64,000 nt of DNA. Origin: a virus. Taxonomy: Duplodnaviria > Heunggongvirae > Uroviricota > Caudoviricetes. A program made the translations under genes and the position numbers. Location: the IMG/VR virus record IMGVR_UViG_3300021400_002728, positions 165,154 to 229,153 of that record, one strand, 5' to 3'. The notes beneath the pieces were generated by a model. The model searched no databases and was not told the origin of the DNA. It saw only the letters and a list, made by a program, of their open reading frames with translations. This document shows, piece by piece, positions 10,728 to 21,316 of the stretch (position 1 is the first letter of the stretch; the number at the start of each line of letters is the position of its first letter).

Positions 10728-11234
10728 TTAATCATATACTAATGTAGTTTTATCATACATTAAGTTATTATAAGCATCAGCATATACAGTAACGGTAGTA
10801 ACGTTTATACTAGCCTGACTACCAATACCAATATGTCTAGTTTCATTTCTTCCAGAAGATATTAAGCTCATAAATCTTTCTTTAGAGATCTTATTAGCAT
10901 ATCCATATCTATCTTCTTCATAGAATTCTTTGACAGATTCTAAATCAGAACCTTTTATAGTAGTTTCTTTCCAGCCAAACTGAGGATGTTTCTTATAGAA
11001 ATATCTAAAACCACTAATAATTCCAGAAGCATTTCCAGAAAGTTTTATATCATACTTTTCTGAATAATCTGAATCATAAGATAAGTCTAATCCTTTAGAT
11101 CTAAGAGCTCTTTCCATATCTTTTTCGATACCCTTCCAAGTATCATAATTGATTAAATGGACATCTTCTATTTTATAACCAGATTGTGCTAATGTATCAA
11201 TTAAGACATCCATAATTTCATCTGCCTTAGACAT
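10728..11234 (-). CDS. hypothetical protein
   Basis: ORF with GGAGG RBS. Confidence 0.65.
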   Translation of the reverse strand: MSKADEIMDVLIDTLAQSGYKIEDVHLINYDTWKGIEKDMERALRSKGLDLSYDSDYSEKYDIKLSGNASGIISGFRYFYKKHPQFGWKETTIKGSDLESVKEFYEEDRYGYANKISKERFMSLISSGRNETRHIGIGSQASINVTTVTVYADAYNNLMYDKTTLVYD

Positions 11235-11245
11235 AATACACCTCC

Positions 11246-11551
11246 TTAACTGCTTCTACATTCACCCATGAATACGATTTTCTTAGGATTAATAGTAACT
11301 CCATTTTCCATTACAAGATAGCCTTCTTCATCGAGTTCCTTAAATATTCCAGTATTTACATATCCTTGCTGAGTAACTATAAATAAATTTTGTCCTTTAC
11401 CAAATAGTAGTAAAAATCCATTGCCATCGTCATCTTTAACACTAGCACCTTTAAGATCTGTCCATACTAATGCTGTCTTTGGATCTTCTCCAGTACGAAG
11501 TTCTCCTTCTTCTACTCTAATGTTTCCGTAAACATAATTATTAAAATACAT
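11246..11551 (-). CDS. hypothetical protein
   Basis: ORF with GGAGG RBS. Confidence 0.65.
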   Translation of the reverse strand: MYFNNYVYGNIRVEEGELRTGEDPKTALVWTDLKGASVKDDDGNGFLLLFGKGQNLFIVTQQGYVNTGIFKELDEEGYLVMENGVTINPKKIVFMGECRSS

Positions 11552-11663
11552 AATAATATCCTCCTTATAAATATAATAATCTGCCTATAAAAGAAGCAAA
11601 TTATTGTTAACATACACTCTATTATATACTTGATCAAATTTTTATTGGATTTGTTATTATAGT

Positions 11664-12239
11664 TTAAACTTTCCAGTTCTCTGCATTTTTGCTAGGTGCA
11701 GACATACCACGTATACCACTATAGACGATTTCATTATCACATAGATAATCATAAGTACCTTTATCCATGCGTACTGTAATATGTTCTTTGTAAAAAATAA
11801 GTGCATTCTTAATAATTTGATAGGCTTCGGACATTTCTCTAAAAATGTCAAATTCACTATCAATTAAAGTATCAGCTCTATTGCAAAGTTCATCAAAAGT
11901 AGCAAATTCTTCTTGAATAGACTCATTACCATTATCGTAATGTAAAACTGCAGTATTTTTAGAGTAACAAACTTCAAATCCACAAATATATTGATCAGTA
12001 ATAATAACACCAAAAAATCCATCATCGTAATAATAATAAGATTGAACAAATTTCTTAGATAAATTATTTAGACAACTTTGAAATGATTTTTTCCAAATTG
12101 TTGCTGTACGCTTAGATTCTTTCATATCATAGGAACATTCTAGTGTATCAATTACTGTATGATAATACAGTTGCCAAGGAGTGACTGGTTCACCAAAATT
12201 ATATTTAATACTAAGTGCTTTATATTCTTGAATATCCAT
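11664..12239 (-). CDS. hypothetical protein
   Basis: start MDIQEY behind GGAGG. Confidence 0.65.
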   Translation of the reverse strand: MDIQEYKALSIKYNFGEPVTPWQLYYHTVIDTLECSYDMKESKRTATIWKKSFQSCLNNLSKKFVQSYYYYDDGFFGVIITDQYICGFEVCYSKNTAVLHYDNGNESIQEEFATFDELCNRADTLIDSEFDIFREMSEAYQIIKNALIFYKEHITVRMDKGTYDYLCDNEIVYSGIRGMSAPSKNAENWKV

Positions 12240-12300
12240 ATTTTTACCTCCAAATTTCAACTAAATACTTACTAGTTATTTGATGAGCTTGATTATAGAC

Positions 12301-12360
12301 AAAATGACCAGCTTCATTTCTGAAACCAGTCATTTTTCTCATCCTTATATAATTAAATAG
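12301..12360 (-). repeat. leader element copy 1 (CTATTTAATTATA..GRATGHGAAAAATGAC-hairpin-GTCATTTT)
   Basis: matches 15-copy consensus. Confidence 0.85.
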
Positions 12361-12364
12361 CCTT

Positions 12365-13129
12365 TTATGTACTAAGAATACGTTTAGCTAAATTATCTAT
12401 ACTACCTAAATAATTAGTTACTATTCTAGAATAATCTACAAGCATCTCTGGATCATATTTATCTGGTCTAGCCCAAACTATTCTCTCTACAATACTTTTT
12501 CCAATATCTTTACCATAAGGTTCAGTAGTATCTTCATTATAACTAAAGCATATCATTAAATTATGTATATATTCTTTAGGATTATAATCTATACAAGTTT
12601 TTGGCGCATATTTAACTATCCATTTAGTAGTATTACCATCCTGATAATAATCATCTAAATATTTATTCCAATATTTGCTGTTCCAATCAAATATCCAAAC
12701 TAAGTTATATCCAGCATGTAAATAAAAAGATGTTCTATTAAAAAATTCTTCTGAAGACATTGGACTATGTTGAAATTCTACTACAAAATTCTTATAGCAA
12801 ATATCTGCTATATGTGTCTCTTTAGTCATATCACCTATATAATCTGGATCATTAGGATATAATTCTGCCCAAGTTTTAGTGATTATAACTTCTCTATACT
12901 CTTTAGGAAATAATGACTGACAATACCTATGCCATTCACTCATTTCATTATCATAGTCATCAACACAATCGCTATTAGTTAAATGTGAAAAATATGGAAT
13001 TTTTACATCTCCAGCTTTAAGAATAACTTTTTCTCCACAACATGGACATATATAAGATTTATTTCTACCATACTTATATAAAGCATCATCTGCATATACA
13101 ATTTGGTTATCTAATATAGCTACTTGCAA
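12365..13129 (-). CDS. CoiA-like nuclease
   Basis: CPCCGEKVILKAG..KIPYFSH, HIADI, VEFQHSPMS, GY..VWIFD. Confidence 0.8.
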   Translation of the reverse strand: MQVAILDNQIVYADDALYKYGRNKSYICPCCGEKVILKAGDVKIPYFSHLTNSDCVDDYDNEMSEWHRYCQSLFPKEYREVIITKTWAELYPNDPDYIGDMTKETHIADICYKNFVVEFQHSPMSSEEFFNRTSFYLHAGYNLVWIFDWNSKYWNKYLDDYYQDGNTTKWIVKYAPKTCIDYNPKEYIHNLMICFSYNEDTTEPYGKDIGKSIVERIVWARPDKYDPEMLVDYSRIVTNYLGSIDNLAKRILST

Positions 13130-13168
13130 TATATTCTCCTTCTACACAAAGGCTATAATGTCTTCATG

Positions 13169-14236
13169 TTAATCTTTTGTTTTAACTAAAGTATCAGCAC
13201 TTAATGGATTGTTCTGGACTAACTCTCCAGCACCATATATAGTATAGTTATTATCTTTATAAATAACTTCAGCCTTAGGAATAGTATTAGTTAAGTTGTT
13301 TTTATTAAAATCATCTTTAGGATAATTATCTGTTCCTAAAATTAGATCTTTTAATAACTGTTTTTGCTCTTCAAAATCTTCAAATTCATATATATGAATA
13401 AGTCGAATACATTTGTCTCTACAAAGTAAAGACTTATTTAGATGATAATCTTTTGGTGCACCCAGTTCAATACTATGCCATCTTGTCCCATTATATTCAA
13501 TACCTATTTTAAGGTCAGGTAAATAAATATCAATTTCTTTAGGTGAAATTACTGATTTACAATCATGTTTTATAGTTCCACTATAAATAGACTGAACAAA
13601 TCTCAATAATTCCATTTCTTTATGAGATCGATTATTATGAATAGTTTCCTCAATATATGTTTCAATTTTAGGAATATCTGAGATATAATAGTAATTAGTA
13701 TATCGTCCACCCTGCAACATTTTTACTGGTTTTATTATATTATCCCAATACCACATCCAGCCATACTTTTCAGTAAGTTGTTCTTTAGTAATTAGCTCTG
13801 GATGCTCAGCAATAAAATTATCTTTTATTTTATATTTAGTCTGTGCAGACTTTATACCAACTTTTTTAGCAATTTCTTTTCTTTTTAATGGATGATCTAC
13901 TCCAAATTTAGCTAATCGATCTTGTTTAATTCTTTCTTTTATTTCTTCAGATTGATATGGATTTTCTACTCCGTATTTTTCAAGATTTGTAGCTTTAAGT
14001 TTTTCTTGAACCTTTGGATCCAATGTGCTACATCTGACTGAACAGTGCCTACGATAACCACCTTTAGTAAGACCTTTGAAACTTGTAGGTTTTCCGCAAT
14101 ACTGACAAAACTCTTCACCTTCAGTTTTTAAGTAAGTATCATAATAGTCTTTTGTAGATAATTTATGTATAAATCTAAGGTGATTCCTAAATTTACCAGT
14201 ATTATCTGTCTCAAAATCACATATAGCACATTTCAT
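13169..14236 (-). CDS. free-standing homing endonuclease (Zn finger + Hef/Vsr-like nuclease) fused to a duplicate of the upstream gene's tail
   Basis: EIDIYLPDLKIGIEYNGTRWHS, IRLIHIYE; ends GELVQNNPLSADTLVKTKD. Confidence 0.8.
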   Translation of the reverse strand: MKCAICDFETDNTGKFRNHLRFIHKLSTKDYYDTYLKTEGEEFCQYCGKPTSFKGLTKGGYRRHCSVRCSTLDPKVQEKLKATNLEKYGVENPYQSEEIKERIKQDRLAKFGVDHPLKRKEIAKKVGIKSAQTKYKIKDNFIAEHPELITKEQLTEKYGWMWYWDNIIKPVKMLQGGRYTNYYYISDIPKIETYIEETIHNNRSHKEMELLRFVQSIYSGTIKHDCKSVISPKEIDIYLPDLKIGIEYNGTRWHSIELGAPKDYHLNKSLLCRDKCIRLIHIYEFEDFEEQKQLLKDLILGTDNYPKDDFNKNNLTNTIPKAEVIYKDNNYTIYGAGELVQNNPLSADTLVKTKD

Positions 14237-14250
14237 TTTTCAAATTCCTT

Positions 14251-15273
14251 TCAATCTTTTACTTCTACTAAAGTATCAATGCTTAGAGGATTATTTTGAA
14301 TAATTATGTCAATAGGTAAGATTTTGAAGTAATCTCTATCTTTTCCCCTGACCCACACCGTGCATGCGACTTTCACCGCACACGGCGCTCCATCAAGGTT
14401 TAATTATTCTCGAGTTACGATTAAACCATTGACTTGTGTCCATTCCTACTACTCTTATTACAAGAGTTATCCACAGTTCGAACACTACTTTTCATCATTA
14501 CTAAAGAAGCTTATTATTCTTCGTCTTCACCATAAAAATATGTATAATGACTTTCCTTGTTCCATAAGATATTATCCGTACATATTAGTTTAGGTGCCTA
14601 TTATAAATATTACTAGCTAGATATAACCCGCCACATATAATGTTTCGTTATATAAGGAATTTCATAGTCCGGAATTTTACTTTTCCTCACTAATAATATT
14701 CTTCGATCATAGGTTCGTCTTACTATATTACTCACCTTGCTAATTTTATGGACGACCGGATTACTAACAACCCGACTTTAGCGAGCTTCATACATAACTC
14801 TTTACAAATTATGCATGTCGCAGTCTCATCGCTATATATTCAGAGCGTTACCTCTTCATTTATATAGTCATATCTTATAGTTCTTATACTATCATAAGGT
14901 CAATCTTTTCAATTGACAACAAGTCGCACCCGGGCAAGACTGTAGCATCATTCCTTTGAGTACAAAGTATACAATGAATGCCAGCACTTCGACCTAATTG
15001 AGTTATCGATTGGATATTACTAATTATTTCATCTTTAAGCGCGTCTTCAGCTTTACCTTCAGTAGTTTTAATACCAGATTTACCGGTCAACTCCGCAATC
15101 TCATCGACGACTATGAGTAGACGTGGCATTTCATCTGTATAGCATTTATCAACACAATTCTTATTGACTGGAATCCAATGTTCACCATCTAATTGAATTT
15201 CAAGCTCAGGTAGTTGAACTTCTACTTTAGCTTTAGCGGCTGAACCGCTATCTTGATGATCGAACCAACCCAT
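14251..15273 (-). CDS. FtsK/SpoIIIE-like ATPase middle fragment, two exons (14930-15273 and 14251-14305); 132 aa spliced
   Basis: MPRLLIVVDEIAEL Walker B, LGRSAGIH..LCTQR; splicing gives ...ATVLPGIIQNNPLSIDTLVEVKD*; no Walker A. Confidence 0.75.
14306..14929 (-). mobile_element. ORF-less group II intron (624 nt)
   Basis: 5' GTGCG; domain V GAGCGCCGTGTGCGGTGAAAGTCGCATGCACGGTGTG; ends ...TTACCTATTGACAT; shares GTAACTCGAGAA with the first intron; removal restores frame. Confidence 0.9.
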
Positions 15274-15277
15274 GAAA

Positions 15278-16108
15278 TCACTCCTTTCTTAATAAGTCAG
15301 TAAATCTATTTTTCATTTCCTGTGTAAATCTATCAAGTATTGCTAATAAGTCAGGATAAGGTGAAAGTCTATTTCTTACTTCCTGAACCATTTCTTTTGG
15401 AATAGGATAATAAGCTTCTGCCATACTTCCAGCAATACAAGTTAATGTATCGCAGTCTCCACCTAAAGAAACTGCATTTCTAATAACATCTTCAAAATCT
15501 GTACCTTCAAAGAAAGCTGTCATAGCTTGAGGTACGGTTTCTTGACAGGACTCAACATGATGATAGTCAGGTCTAATTTCATCACAAGTCTTAGATAAGT
15601 CATAACCAAAACAGTCATGAACATACTTTTTGATGAATGTTTTATCATAACCTGTTCTAGCTAAAAAAATAACTGCAGCAACTGATTCTGCACCTTTGAT
15701 ACCTTCTGGATGATTATGTGTTACTTCAGCAGTAAGTCTAGCAATATCTCTAGTTTCTTTTACTGAATTGTATAACCATCCTGCAGATGAAACTCTCATA
15801 GCTGAACCATTACCAAAACTATTATATGGTTTTGGATCATTAGATTTAAGCCACCAAGAGAATCTTGTTCCGTAGCCTTCCCAGGGATAAAGTTCGCCAT
15901 ATTTTTTCATAGACTTAATAACAGCTTCTTTAATATCCTCTGGTGACGCATGGAGCGTATCTAGGAGTGCTTCTGCAACAGCTAGAGTCATAACAGTATC
16001 ATCAGTTTTTCTGCTTGAGTCTATCCAAAATGGAAAATCTTTTCGTTTTTCACTTCTATCATATTCATATGGTGCGCCAACCATATCACCTAAAATTGCT
16101 CCGTACAT
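15278..16108 (-). CDS. ADP-ribosylglycohydrolase (DraG/ARH family)
   Basis: GAILGD, TDDT, SFGNGSAMR, THNHPEG, GGDCDT motifs. Confidence 0.9.
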   Translation of the reverse strand: MYGAILGDMVGAPYEYDRSEKRKDFPFWIDSSRKTDDTVMTLAVAEALLDTLHASPEDIKEAVIKSMKKYGELYPWEGYGTRFSWWLKSNDPKPYNSFGNGSAMRVSSAGWLYNSVKETRDIARLTAEVTHNHPEGIKGAESVAAVIFLARTGYDKTFIKKYVHDCFGYDLSKTCDEIRPDYHHVESCQETVPQAMTAFFEGTDFEDVIRNAVSLGGDCDTLTCIAGSMAEAYYPIPKEMVQEVRNRLSPYPDLLAILDRFTQEMKNRFTDLLRKE

Positions 16109-16198
16109 ATATTCACCTTCTTTTAATAAACAAAAAATGCCTGTCATTTTTCAGACAGGCATAATTTCAGCTCTACCTACACAAGGACAGGAGAGTAA

Positions 16199-16471
16199 TT
16201 AGATATTAGTCCAATGGTCACCTTCAAACTGAATCTGACCAAGTACATCTGTCTCAGTAAACTTAACACCATCAGATGTACCGATAACTACAGTTCCAAT
16301 ATTGCCTGAAATCTTAACTATAATAAAATAAGGCTCAGGATCATTTAGATCATAAATAAATGACTCCTTAGAAATGAATTTCTTTCTAGCCTCATCATAG
16401 TCAAACTCAATCGGATCAATATTGAGCTGATCAAAGTACTGTTTCATTACATCATTAATATTTGTATTCAT
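16199..16471 (-). CDS. hypothetical protein
   Basis: ORF with RBS. Confidence 0.65.
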   Translation of the reverse strand: MNTNINDVMKQYFDQLNIDPIEFDYDEARKKFISKESFIYDLNDPEPYFIIVKISGNIGTVVIGTSDGVKFTETDVLGQIQFEGDHWTNI

Positions 16472-16503
16472 TATATAATTTCCTTTCGTTTTTAATTAAA
16501 TAG

Positions 16504-18237
16504 TTATTCATTGTCATCGTCTTCAACGTCTTCTTCAGACTCATTATCAAATAAGAATCCAATCTTGTGATCTTTATCCTTACCTCTATTGTAGATTCTT
16601 GTAAGGTTTAACATACGTCTACCGTCAAAGCCTTTTTCATCACCTTCAGCATCTGCGAAAGTATAGAACTGGAAGATGAAACTTTCATCTGCATCCAATT
16701 CAATATTTGTAAGAATAGCCACACCTGAAGATACATTGAATTCTTTGATGTGAGATCTAAGCTCATCAATAAGCTCAATTGGTTTATAGAGAATAATATT
16801 ACCTCTAAGTCTACCACGTTTCTCAAAGTAGTATGTCTTATCTTTAAGAACATTTGCCTTAGATGTACCAGCAATACCTTCAAGTAATGGCTTAGTAAGT
16901 TTAGGATCTCTTGAGTTATCAATAAGAATCTCAAGAACCTCATCCCAACCTCTAACTGCTTCATAGTAGTCAGATAATTTATTTCTAGCTACATATTTAG
17001 CAATAGCCTTACGATCTTTCTCAGGCATATCATAGAAATCATAATAAATCTTAAGCATGTTAAGGATATGTTCCTTAAGTATAGTAAGATCAATAATTTC
17101 AGGGTACATATTATAGATAATGTATTTAGGTGCATCCTGCTTATATCTAACTAATGCTTTCTGAACAGTATCGAAGTAACCTAAACTTAATGCAGTATCA
17201 ATATCAATAAAAGCAGTCATAGCATCTAGACCACTAGTATTATATTCTTGATACAGTTCGTCTCTAAACTGTTTAACTTTAGAATATTCTACATAGGTCT
17301 TAACATTATTAAGGAATCTAGTCTTAATGTCATCTACTATTGCAGTTTCAGTATAGTTTTTGATAGTGATCTTATTTCTAATTTCGGTCTCAGCATTATC
17401 AAAGTATGATGCCAAATTAGTCTTATACATAGTCTTAGAACTTAACATACCAACTATGCGATCTTCAAGATTAGGTACATTAACAGATGCAATTATAGGT
17501 TCAGCATTAGCAATAAGCTGAGCTTTAGTAAGACTAGCACCATTTGGCCAAATCTGAGCCTTAATTACTCTTAACCATTTAAGTGTTTCATCTTTAACTT
17601 TCATCATTGCATCATAGTTCTTAAGATATTCTTCATGTTCTTTCTTAGCATTCTCTTCAAAATCTTTAATAAGCGAGTTATATTTTTCTTCAGAAATCAT
17701 TACACAATTACCATTTTCTACCATACCATAGAAAGTATAACCTTCATCATTTCTTACCTTACGTCTATAACATTTAACAAATGCTAAATGATTACTACCA
17801 TAATGACAATCTTTAGACCAAGTTTTCCACTCTTGTTCAAGATCTAAGGTATCAAGGAATTGCTGAGGTCTAGACCAACTGAATCTAGATCCATCCCAAA
17901 AAGATTTAATAATCTCTTCACCTTTAGCCTTAATAATAGCATCATCATTTCCATTATCTGTTTGAATGTCAATAATTTTAGTTTCTTTGCCGTCTTTACG
18001 TGTATATGGAATAAGCTTAGCAGTAACAGTAAATTCACCTTTACCAGACTTTCTAGGTACCTTGAATGTTACAGTTTTTCCTGCTACAATAGCATCAAGA
18101 TGTGCTTCAGTAAAATAACCTTTAGTCATATAGTTGTTATAAACTTCTTCAAATATTGATAAATTTTTCTTTTTTCCGTCAGTGTCGATATACTGATAAT
18201 ACCAACCATAAGGACCATGAAGTACTTTATTAGCCAT
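16504..18237 (-). CDS. large hypothetical protein; N-terminus has one topoisomerase C-terminal-repeat-like unit
   Basis: FTEAHLDAIVAGKTVTFK..RKSGK similar to repeats in 23970-24488. Confidence 0.7.
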   Translation of the reverse strand: MANKVLHGPYGWYYQYIDTDGKKKNLSIFEEVYNNYMTKGYFTEAHLDAIVAGKTVTFKVPRKSGKGEFTVTAKLIPYTRKDGKETKIIDIQTDNGNDDAIIKAKGEEIIKSFWDGSRFSWSRPQQFLDTLDLEQEWKTWSKDCHYGSNHLAFVKCYRRKVRNDEGYTFYGMVENGNCVMISEEKYNSLIKDFEENAKKEHEEYLKNYDAMMKVKDETLKWLRVIKAQIWPNGASLTKAQLIANAEPIIASVNVPNLEDRIVGMLSSKTMYKTNLASYFDNAETEIRNKITIKNYTETAIVDDIKTRFLNNVKTYVEYSKVKQFRDELYQEYNTSGLDAMTAFIDIDTALSLGYFDTVQKALVRYKQDAPKYIIYNMYPEIIDLTILKEHILNMLKIYYDFYDMPEKDRKAIAKYVARNKLSDYYEAVRGWDEVLEILIDNSRDPKLTKPLLEGIAGTSKANVLKDKTYYFEKRGRLRGNIILYKPIELIDELRSHIKEFNVSSGVAILTNIELDADESFIFQFYTFADAEGDEKGFDGRRMLNLTRIYNRGKDKDHKIGFLFDNESEEDVEDDDNE

Positions 18238-18258
18238 ATTCTACCTCCTTATCAAAAT

Positions 18259-18322
18259 AAAATGACTGATCTATAATCAGACCAGTCATTTTTCTCATTC
18301 TTACTATGTTATAATTAAATAG
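18259..18322 (-). repeat. leader element copy 2
   Basis: matches consensus. Confidence 0.85.
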
Positions 18323-18326
18323 TCTT

Positions 18327-18506
18327 TTATACTTCTACCTGTACAATAAGTACGTTATCTCTAATTTCACACCAAGATACTGTAAGATTAGACTTATCTA
18401 TTTTCTGCGATTCACCAATTTGTCCTTCATATAATACTTCATTTATAGTCTCAATACGAATTCTAGTGTCATTACTAAATGCTGCTATCATTTGTTTAAG
18501 TATCAT
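18327..18506 (-). CDS. 59-aa hypothetical protein (small paralogue family), not in ORF track
   Basis: GAGG RBS, MILKQMIAAFSNDTRIRIETINEVLYEG... Confidence 0.65.
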   Translation of the reverse strand: MILKQMIAAFSNDTRIRIETINEVLYEGQIGESQKIDKSNLTVSWCEIRDNVLIVQVEV

Positions 18507-18520
18507 AACTATTACCTCTC

Positions 18521-19324
18521 TTAATCGGCATTAAAATGATCATAGATTGCACCAAGCATAACTGGACGAATGTTCTTAAAATAGATTGCCTTGAAACAAT
18601 CATCTGGCGCCATAGATAATCCATATTCCTGTGTAACATCCTTTAAGAGATCTGAATTATCATAAAACATTGCTTTCATAATTTGTGCAGATGCTTCAAA
18701 TTTAGGCCAAACTAATTCACTTTTCTCTGGTTGATTCTTAATTAAATCTTCAAAATAGTTATTATCAAAGGTACCTTTGAAATGATCAAACTCACCTTGG
18801 AAGAAATCTAATACACTATTTTTCCAATCATCAAATGTACTTACTGCAGTATCAATATTAAGATCACTACAGATTTTTTCAATAGATTTAGAAATAGCTG
18901 CTTTATACTCTTTCATTCCTTCAGCATTAGCAGGTAATTGAAAAGCATACTTATGACCAGTACGACCTAAAAGATACTCATAACATTCATAACAATGTGA
19001 CACTGTCATATCATGATTATAACTAATATACTCAGAGATTTCCATATTATCTCTGCTCCATCCTTGTTTATTGTTACCAACTTCATCCTGAACAACTGCT
19101 TTAAGTTTTCCAGCAAACCAATGTCTAATCCATTCTTCAGATCTACCTCTAAAACCGCTATCCCATTTGTCATTGTCAATCTCAAGATCAGTTCCATTAG
19201 TCCTAGCATATTTCCAATACTTATTCATTGCAGGACTATTTTCCCACATACCATCAGATAACTGACCAATAACACCGTCAATAATTCTAGCTCTAGTTTT
19301 ATTACCTAATGAAATTATCATCAT
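18521..19324 (-). CDS. hypothetical protein
   Basis: ORF with GGAGG RBS. Confidence 0.7.
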   Translation of the reverse strand: MMIISLGNKTRARIIDGVIGQLSDGMWENSPAMNKYWKYARTNGTDLEIDNDKWDSGFRGRSEEWIRHWFAGKLKAVVQDEVGNNKQGWSRDNMEISEYISYNHDMTVSHCYECYEYLLGRTGHKYAFQLPANAEGMKEYKAAISKSIEKICSDLNIDTAVSTFDDWKNSVLDFFQGEFDHFKGTFDNNYFEDLIKNQPEKSELVWPKFEASAQIMKAMFYDNSDLLKDVTQEYGLSMAPDDCFKAIYFKNIRPVMLGAIYDHFNAD

Positions 19325-19364
19325 GATTATCTACCTCCTATAAGTAATTTTTGCATATAAAAAC

Positions 19365-19424
19365 AAAATGACTCAGTCATTAAAGACTAAGTCATTTTTC
19401 TCATCCACTATTATAATTAAATAG
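19365..19424 (-). repeat. leader element copy 3
   Basis: matches consensus. Confidence 0.85.
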
Positions 19425-19428
19425 TTCT

Positions 19429-19662
19429 TTATGTTATTGATGGCAATCCAAGTATACATTGACAAATTCCATCTCCACCATTTTTAGGATTATTTGAACA
19501 TCTTTCGCACGAGTCAGTTTTTAGTGGCTGACAACCTGCTAATACTAAATTTTCTCTACCTCTTATACCTTCAATCAACAATGATTTTTCTAAGTCAGTA
19601 AATCCATTAGAATCATTAATCTTTTTTACTAAATCTTTCCTTGTTTCTTCTATATTAATCAC
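19429..19662 (-). CDS. small Cys-rich hypothetical protein
   Basis: CERCSNNPKNGGDGICQCILG. Confidence 0.6.
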   Translation of the reverse strand: MINIEETRKDLVKKINDSNGFTDLEKSLLIEGIRGRENLVLAGCQPLKTDSCERCSNNPKNGGDGICQCILGLPSIT

Positions 19663-19675
19663 AACTATTCATCCC

Positions 19676-19747
19676 CTATGTATAATTTACTAATTTACTG
19701 TCAAGTTTCTTTTTATCCGCAATTGATCCGTATAAACCTATGCAAAT
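19676..19747 (-). pseudogene. displaced duplicate of the RuvC-like gene C-terminus
   Basis: reads ICIGLYGSIADKKKLDSKLVNYT*, colinear with ICIALFAQKVDIELLNKHKVNYT* of 20717-21262. Confidence 0.8.
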
Positions 19748-20703
19748 TACATTTGTGTATTATAGTTATTTTTCTTTTTTGTTTGCCCTTTGTGATATCC
19801 GTTATTTATATAAGTATTTAATTCATCTAAATATATAAATTTATTAGTTATACCATTAGTTATACAAATTTTTCCATAGCATGGATTATTTTTTCCAGAA
19901 ACATTAGCGTGATTTTTAGATAATTTTTGTTTTGTTTCATCTGAAACTATTCTACCTTTATTAGCTATTGATATTTTTTGTCTAGCTTCTAATGATACTT
20001 CTAAACCTTTATGTGAATTAGACATTTTTTCTCTAGTTTTAATAGATGGATGCTTATTATAATTAGGATTGTTTTTGCCTAATTTAGATATAGACTGTTT
20101 ATATTTTGTTTCTTTTGAGTGTTTTCTGCCTTTTCCAGCTATTGATAATTTTTGTTTAGTTTCATCTGATAATGTCTTACCGCGCCGCCTAGTATTTCCT
20201 AATAATGATTTAGATATTTTACTTCTAGCTTCTTCAGACATATTTTTGCATGATTTAGATATTTTTTCCTTATGTTCTTTAGATAATTTTTTACCTTTAT
20301 TAGGACTAGGCAATCCTTTATGGCTTTCTGACATACACTTTAAAGTTTTTTCAGATAAATTTTCTTTTTTATGCGCCTCTGAGCAATGTTTTTTAGCTTC
20401 AGCCGAAAATTTACTACCTTTTCTATTACCACAACTGCCACCAATAGCTAAATTATAAAAATTATCTGAATTTACTGCATCATAATACGAAATCCAGTAT
20501 ATTTCTTGTTTATCTAATTGTTCTTGTGAATTACACCATTCAATAATATCTACTTTAAAATTTTCTTTTCCATATTTTTGTATAGCCTTTATTAGTAATT
20601 TACCAGATCCAAAATACTTTTTATCAAATATTTCTGATGCGTGCTGACCTATATATTGTTTATTATTAATTAGATTAGTTATTTTATAAATATATCCATA
20701 CAT
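19747..20703 (-). CDS. GIY-YIG homing endonuclease with NUMOD3-like repeats (Seg-like)
   Basis: YIYKITNLINNKQYIGQH, YFGSG, YNLAIGG, repeated (H)S.ETK.K(L/I)S. Confidence 0.9.
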   Translation of the reverse strand: MYGYIYKITNLINNKQYIGQHASEIFDKKYFGSGKLLIKAIQKYGKENFKVDIIEWCNSQEQLDKQEIYWISYYDAVNSDNFYNLAIGGSCGNRKGSKFSAEAKKHCSEAHKKENLSEKTLKCMSESHKGLPSPNKGKKLSKEHKEKISKSCKNMSEEARSKISKSLLGNTRRRGKTLSDETKQKLSIAGKGRKHSKETKYKQSISKLGKNNPNYNKHPSIKTREKMSNSHKGLEVSLEARQKISIANKGRIVSDETKQKLSKNHANVSGKNNPCYGKICITNGITNKFIYLDELNTYINNGYHKGQTKKKNNYNTQM

Positions 20704-20716
20704 ATTTAATTTCCCA

Positions 20717-21262
20717 TTATGTATAATTAACTTTATGCTTATTTAACAGTTCAATATCAACTTTTTGTGCGAATAATGCTATGCAAATTGCGTCTGCTGT
20801 ATCGTTATCTTTAATAATTTCATCACCCTTTTTAGGATGATGTATTACTATATTCAAATCTACTTGAGGATAGTTCTTTTCCACAAAAGCAACGGCATCT
20901 TCTTTCTTTGCTGATCTATTACCTAAAACTTTACTCTTCCATGACTGAACATGGACAGCACTGATTGAAATTTTATCAGAGAACTCATTTATTAGAGTTG
21001 ATTGTAAGAATGCCATACTAACAATATTGTACATTCTAGATACACCTCTATAGAATGCAATTTCCTCAAATAGCATGTAGTCATCTTTAGTTAATTTATA
21101 CTTCTTAATATACTCATTAATTTGTTTAATGATCTTCTTTCTATGATGCCAGGCTGATTCAGAATCACTATAGTTAAGTCTACTCCATTCAAGCAACTTA
21201 TCACCTTGCATGACACAGATAGAATTACGTGTTCTATTTCCTAAATCTATGCCTATTACCAT
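20717..21262 (-). CDS. RuvC-like Holliday junction resolvase
   Basis: VIGIDLG, FEE, WK..VLG, DxADAICIA. Confidence 0.75.
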   Translation of the reverse strand: MVIGIDLGNRTRNSICVMQGDKLLEWSRLNYSDSESAWHHRKKIIKQINEYIKKYKLTKDDYMLFEEIAFYRGVSRMYNIVSMAFLQSTLINEFSDKISISAVHVQSWKSKVLGNRSAKKEDAVAFVEKNYPQVDLNIVIHHPKKGDEIIKDNDTADAICIALFAQKVDIELLNKHKVNYT

Positions 21263-21280
21263 AATAATTTCCTTTCATAA

Positions 21281-21312
21281 AAAGAGGACACTCATTTCTG
21301 AATGTCCTCTTA
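21281..21312 (-). terminator. intrinsic terminator hairpin after PhoH gene
   Basis: AAGAGGACA..TGTCCTCTT inverted repeat with T tract. Confidence 0.6.
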
Positions 21313-21316
21313 TTTG

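Noticed and set aside
14360-14593. Plus-strand ORF as an intron-encoded protein
   Set aside because: It is antisense to intron domain V and has no RT or nuclease motifs.
15170-16240. IQLDGEHW (FtsK piece) versus IQFEGDHW (end of 16199-16471) as another duplication or an intein block B
   Set aside because: An eight-residue match with no further alignment; too short to support.
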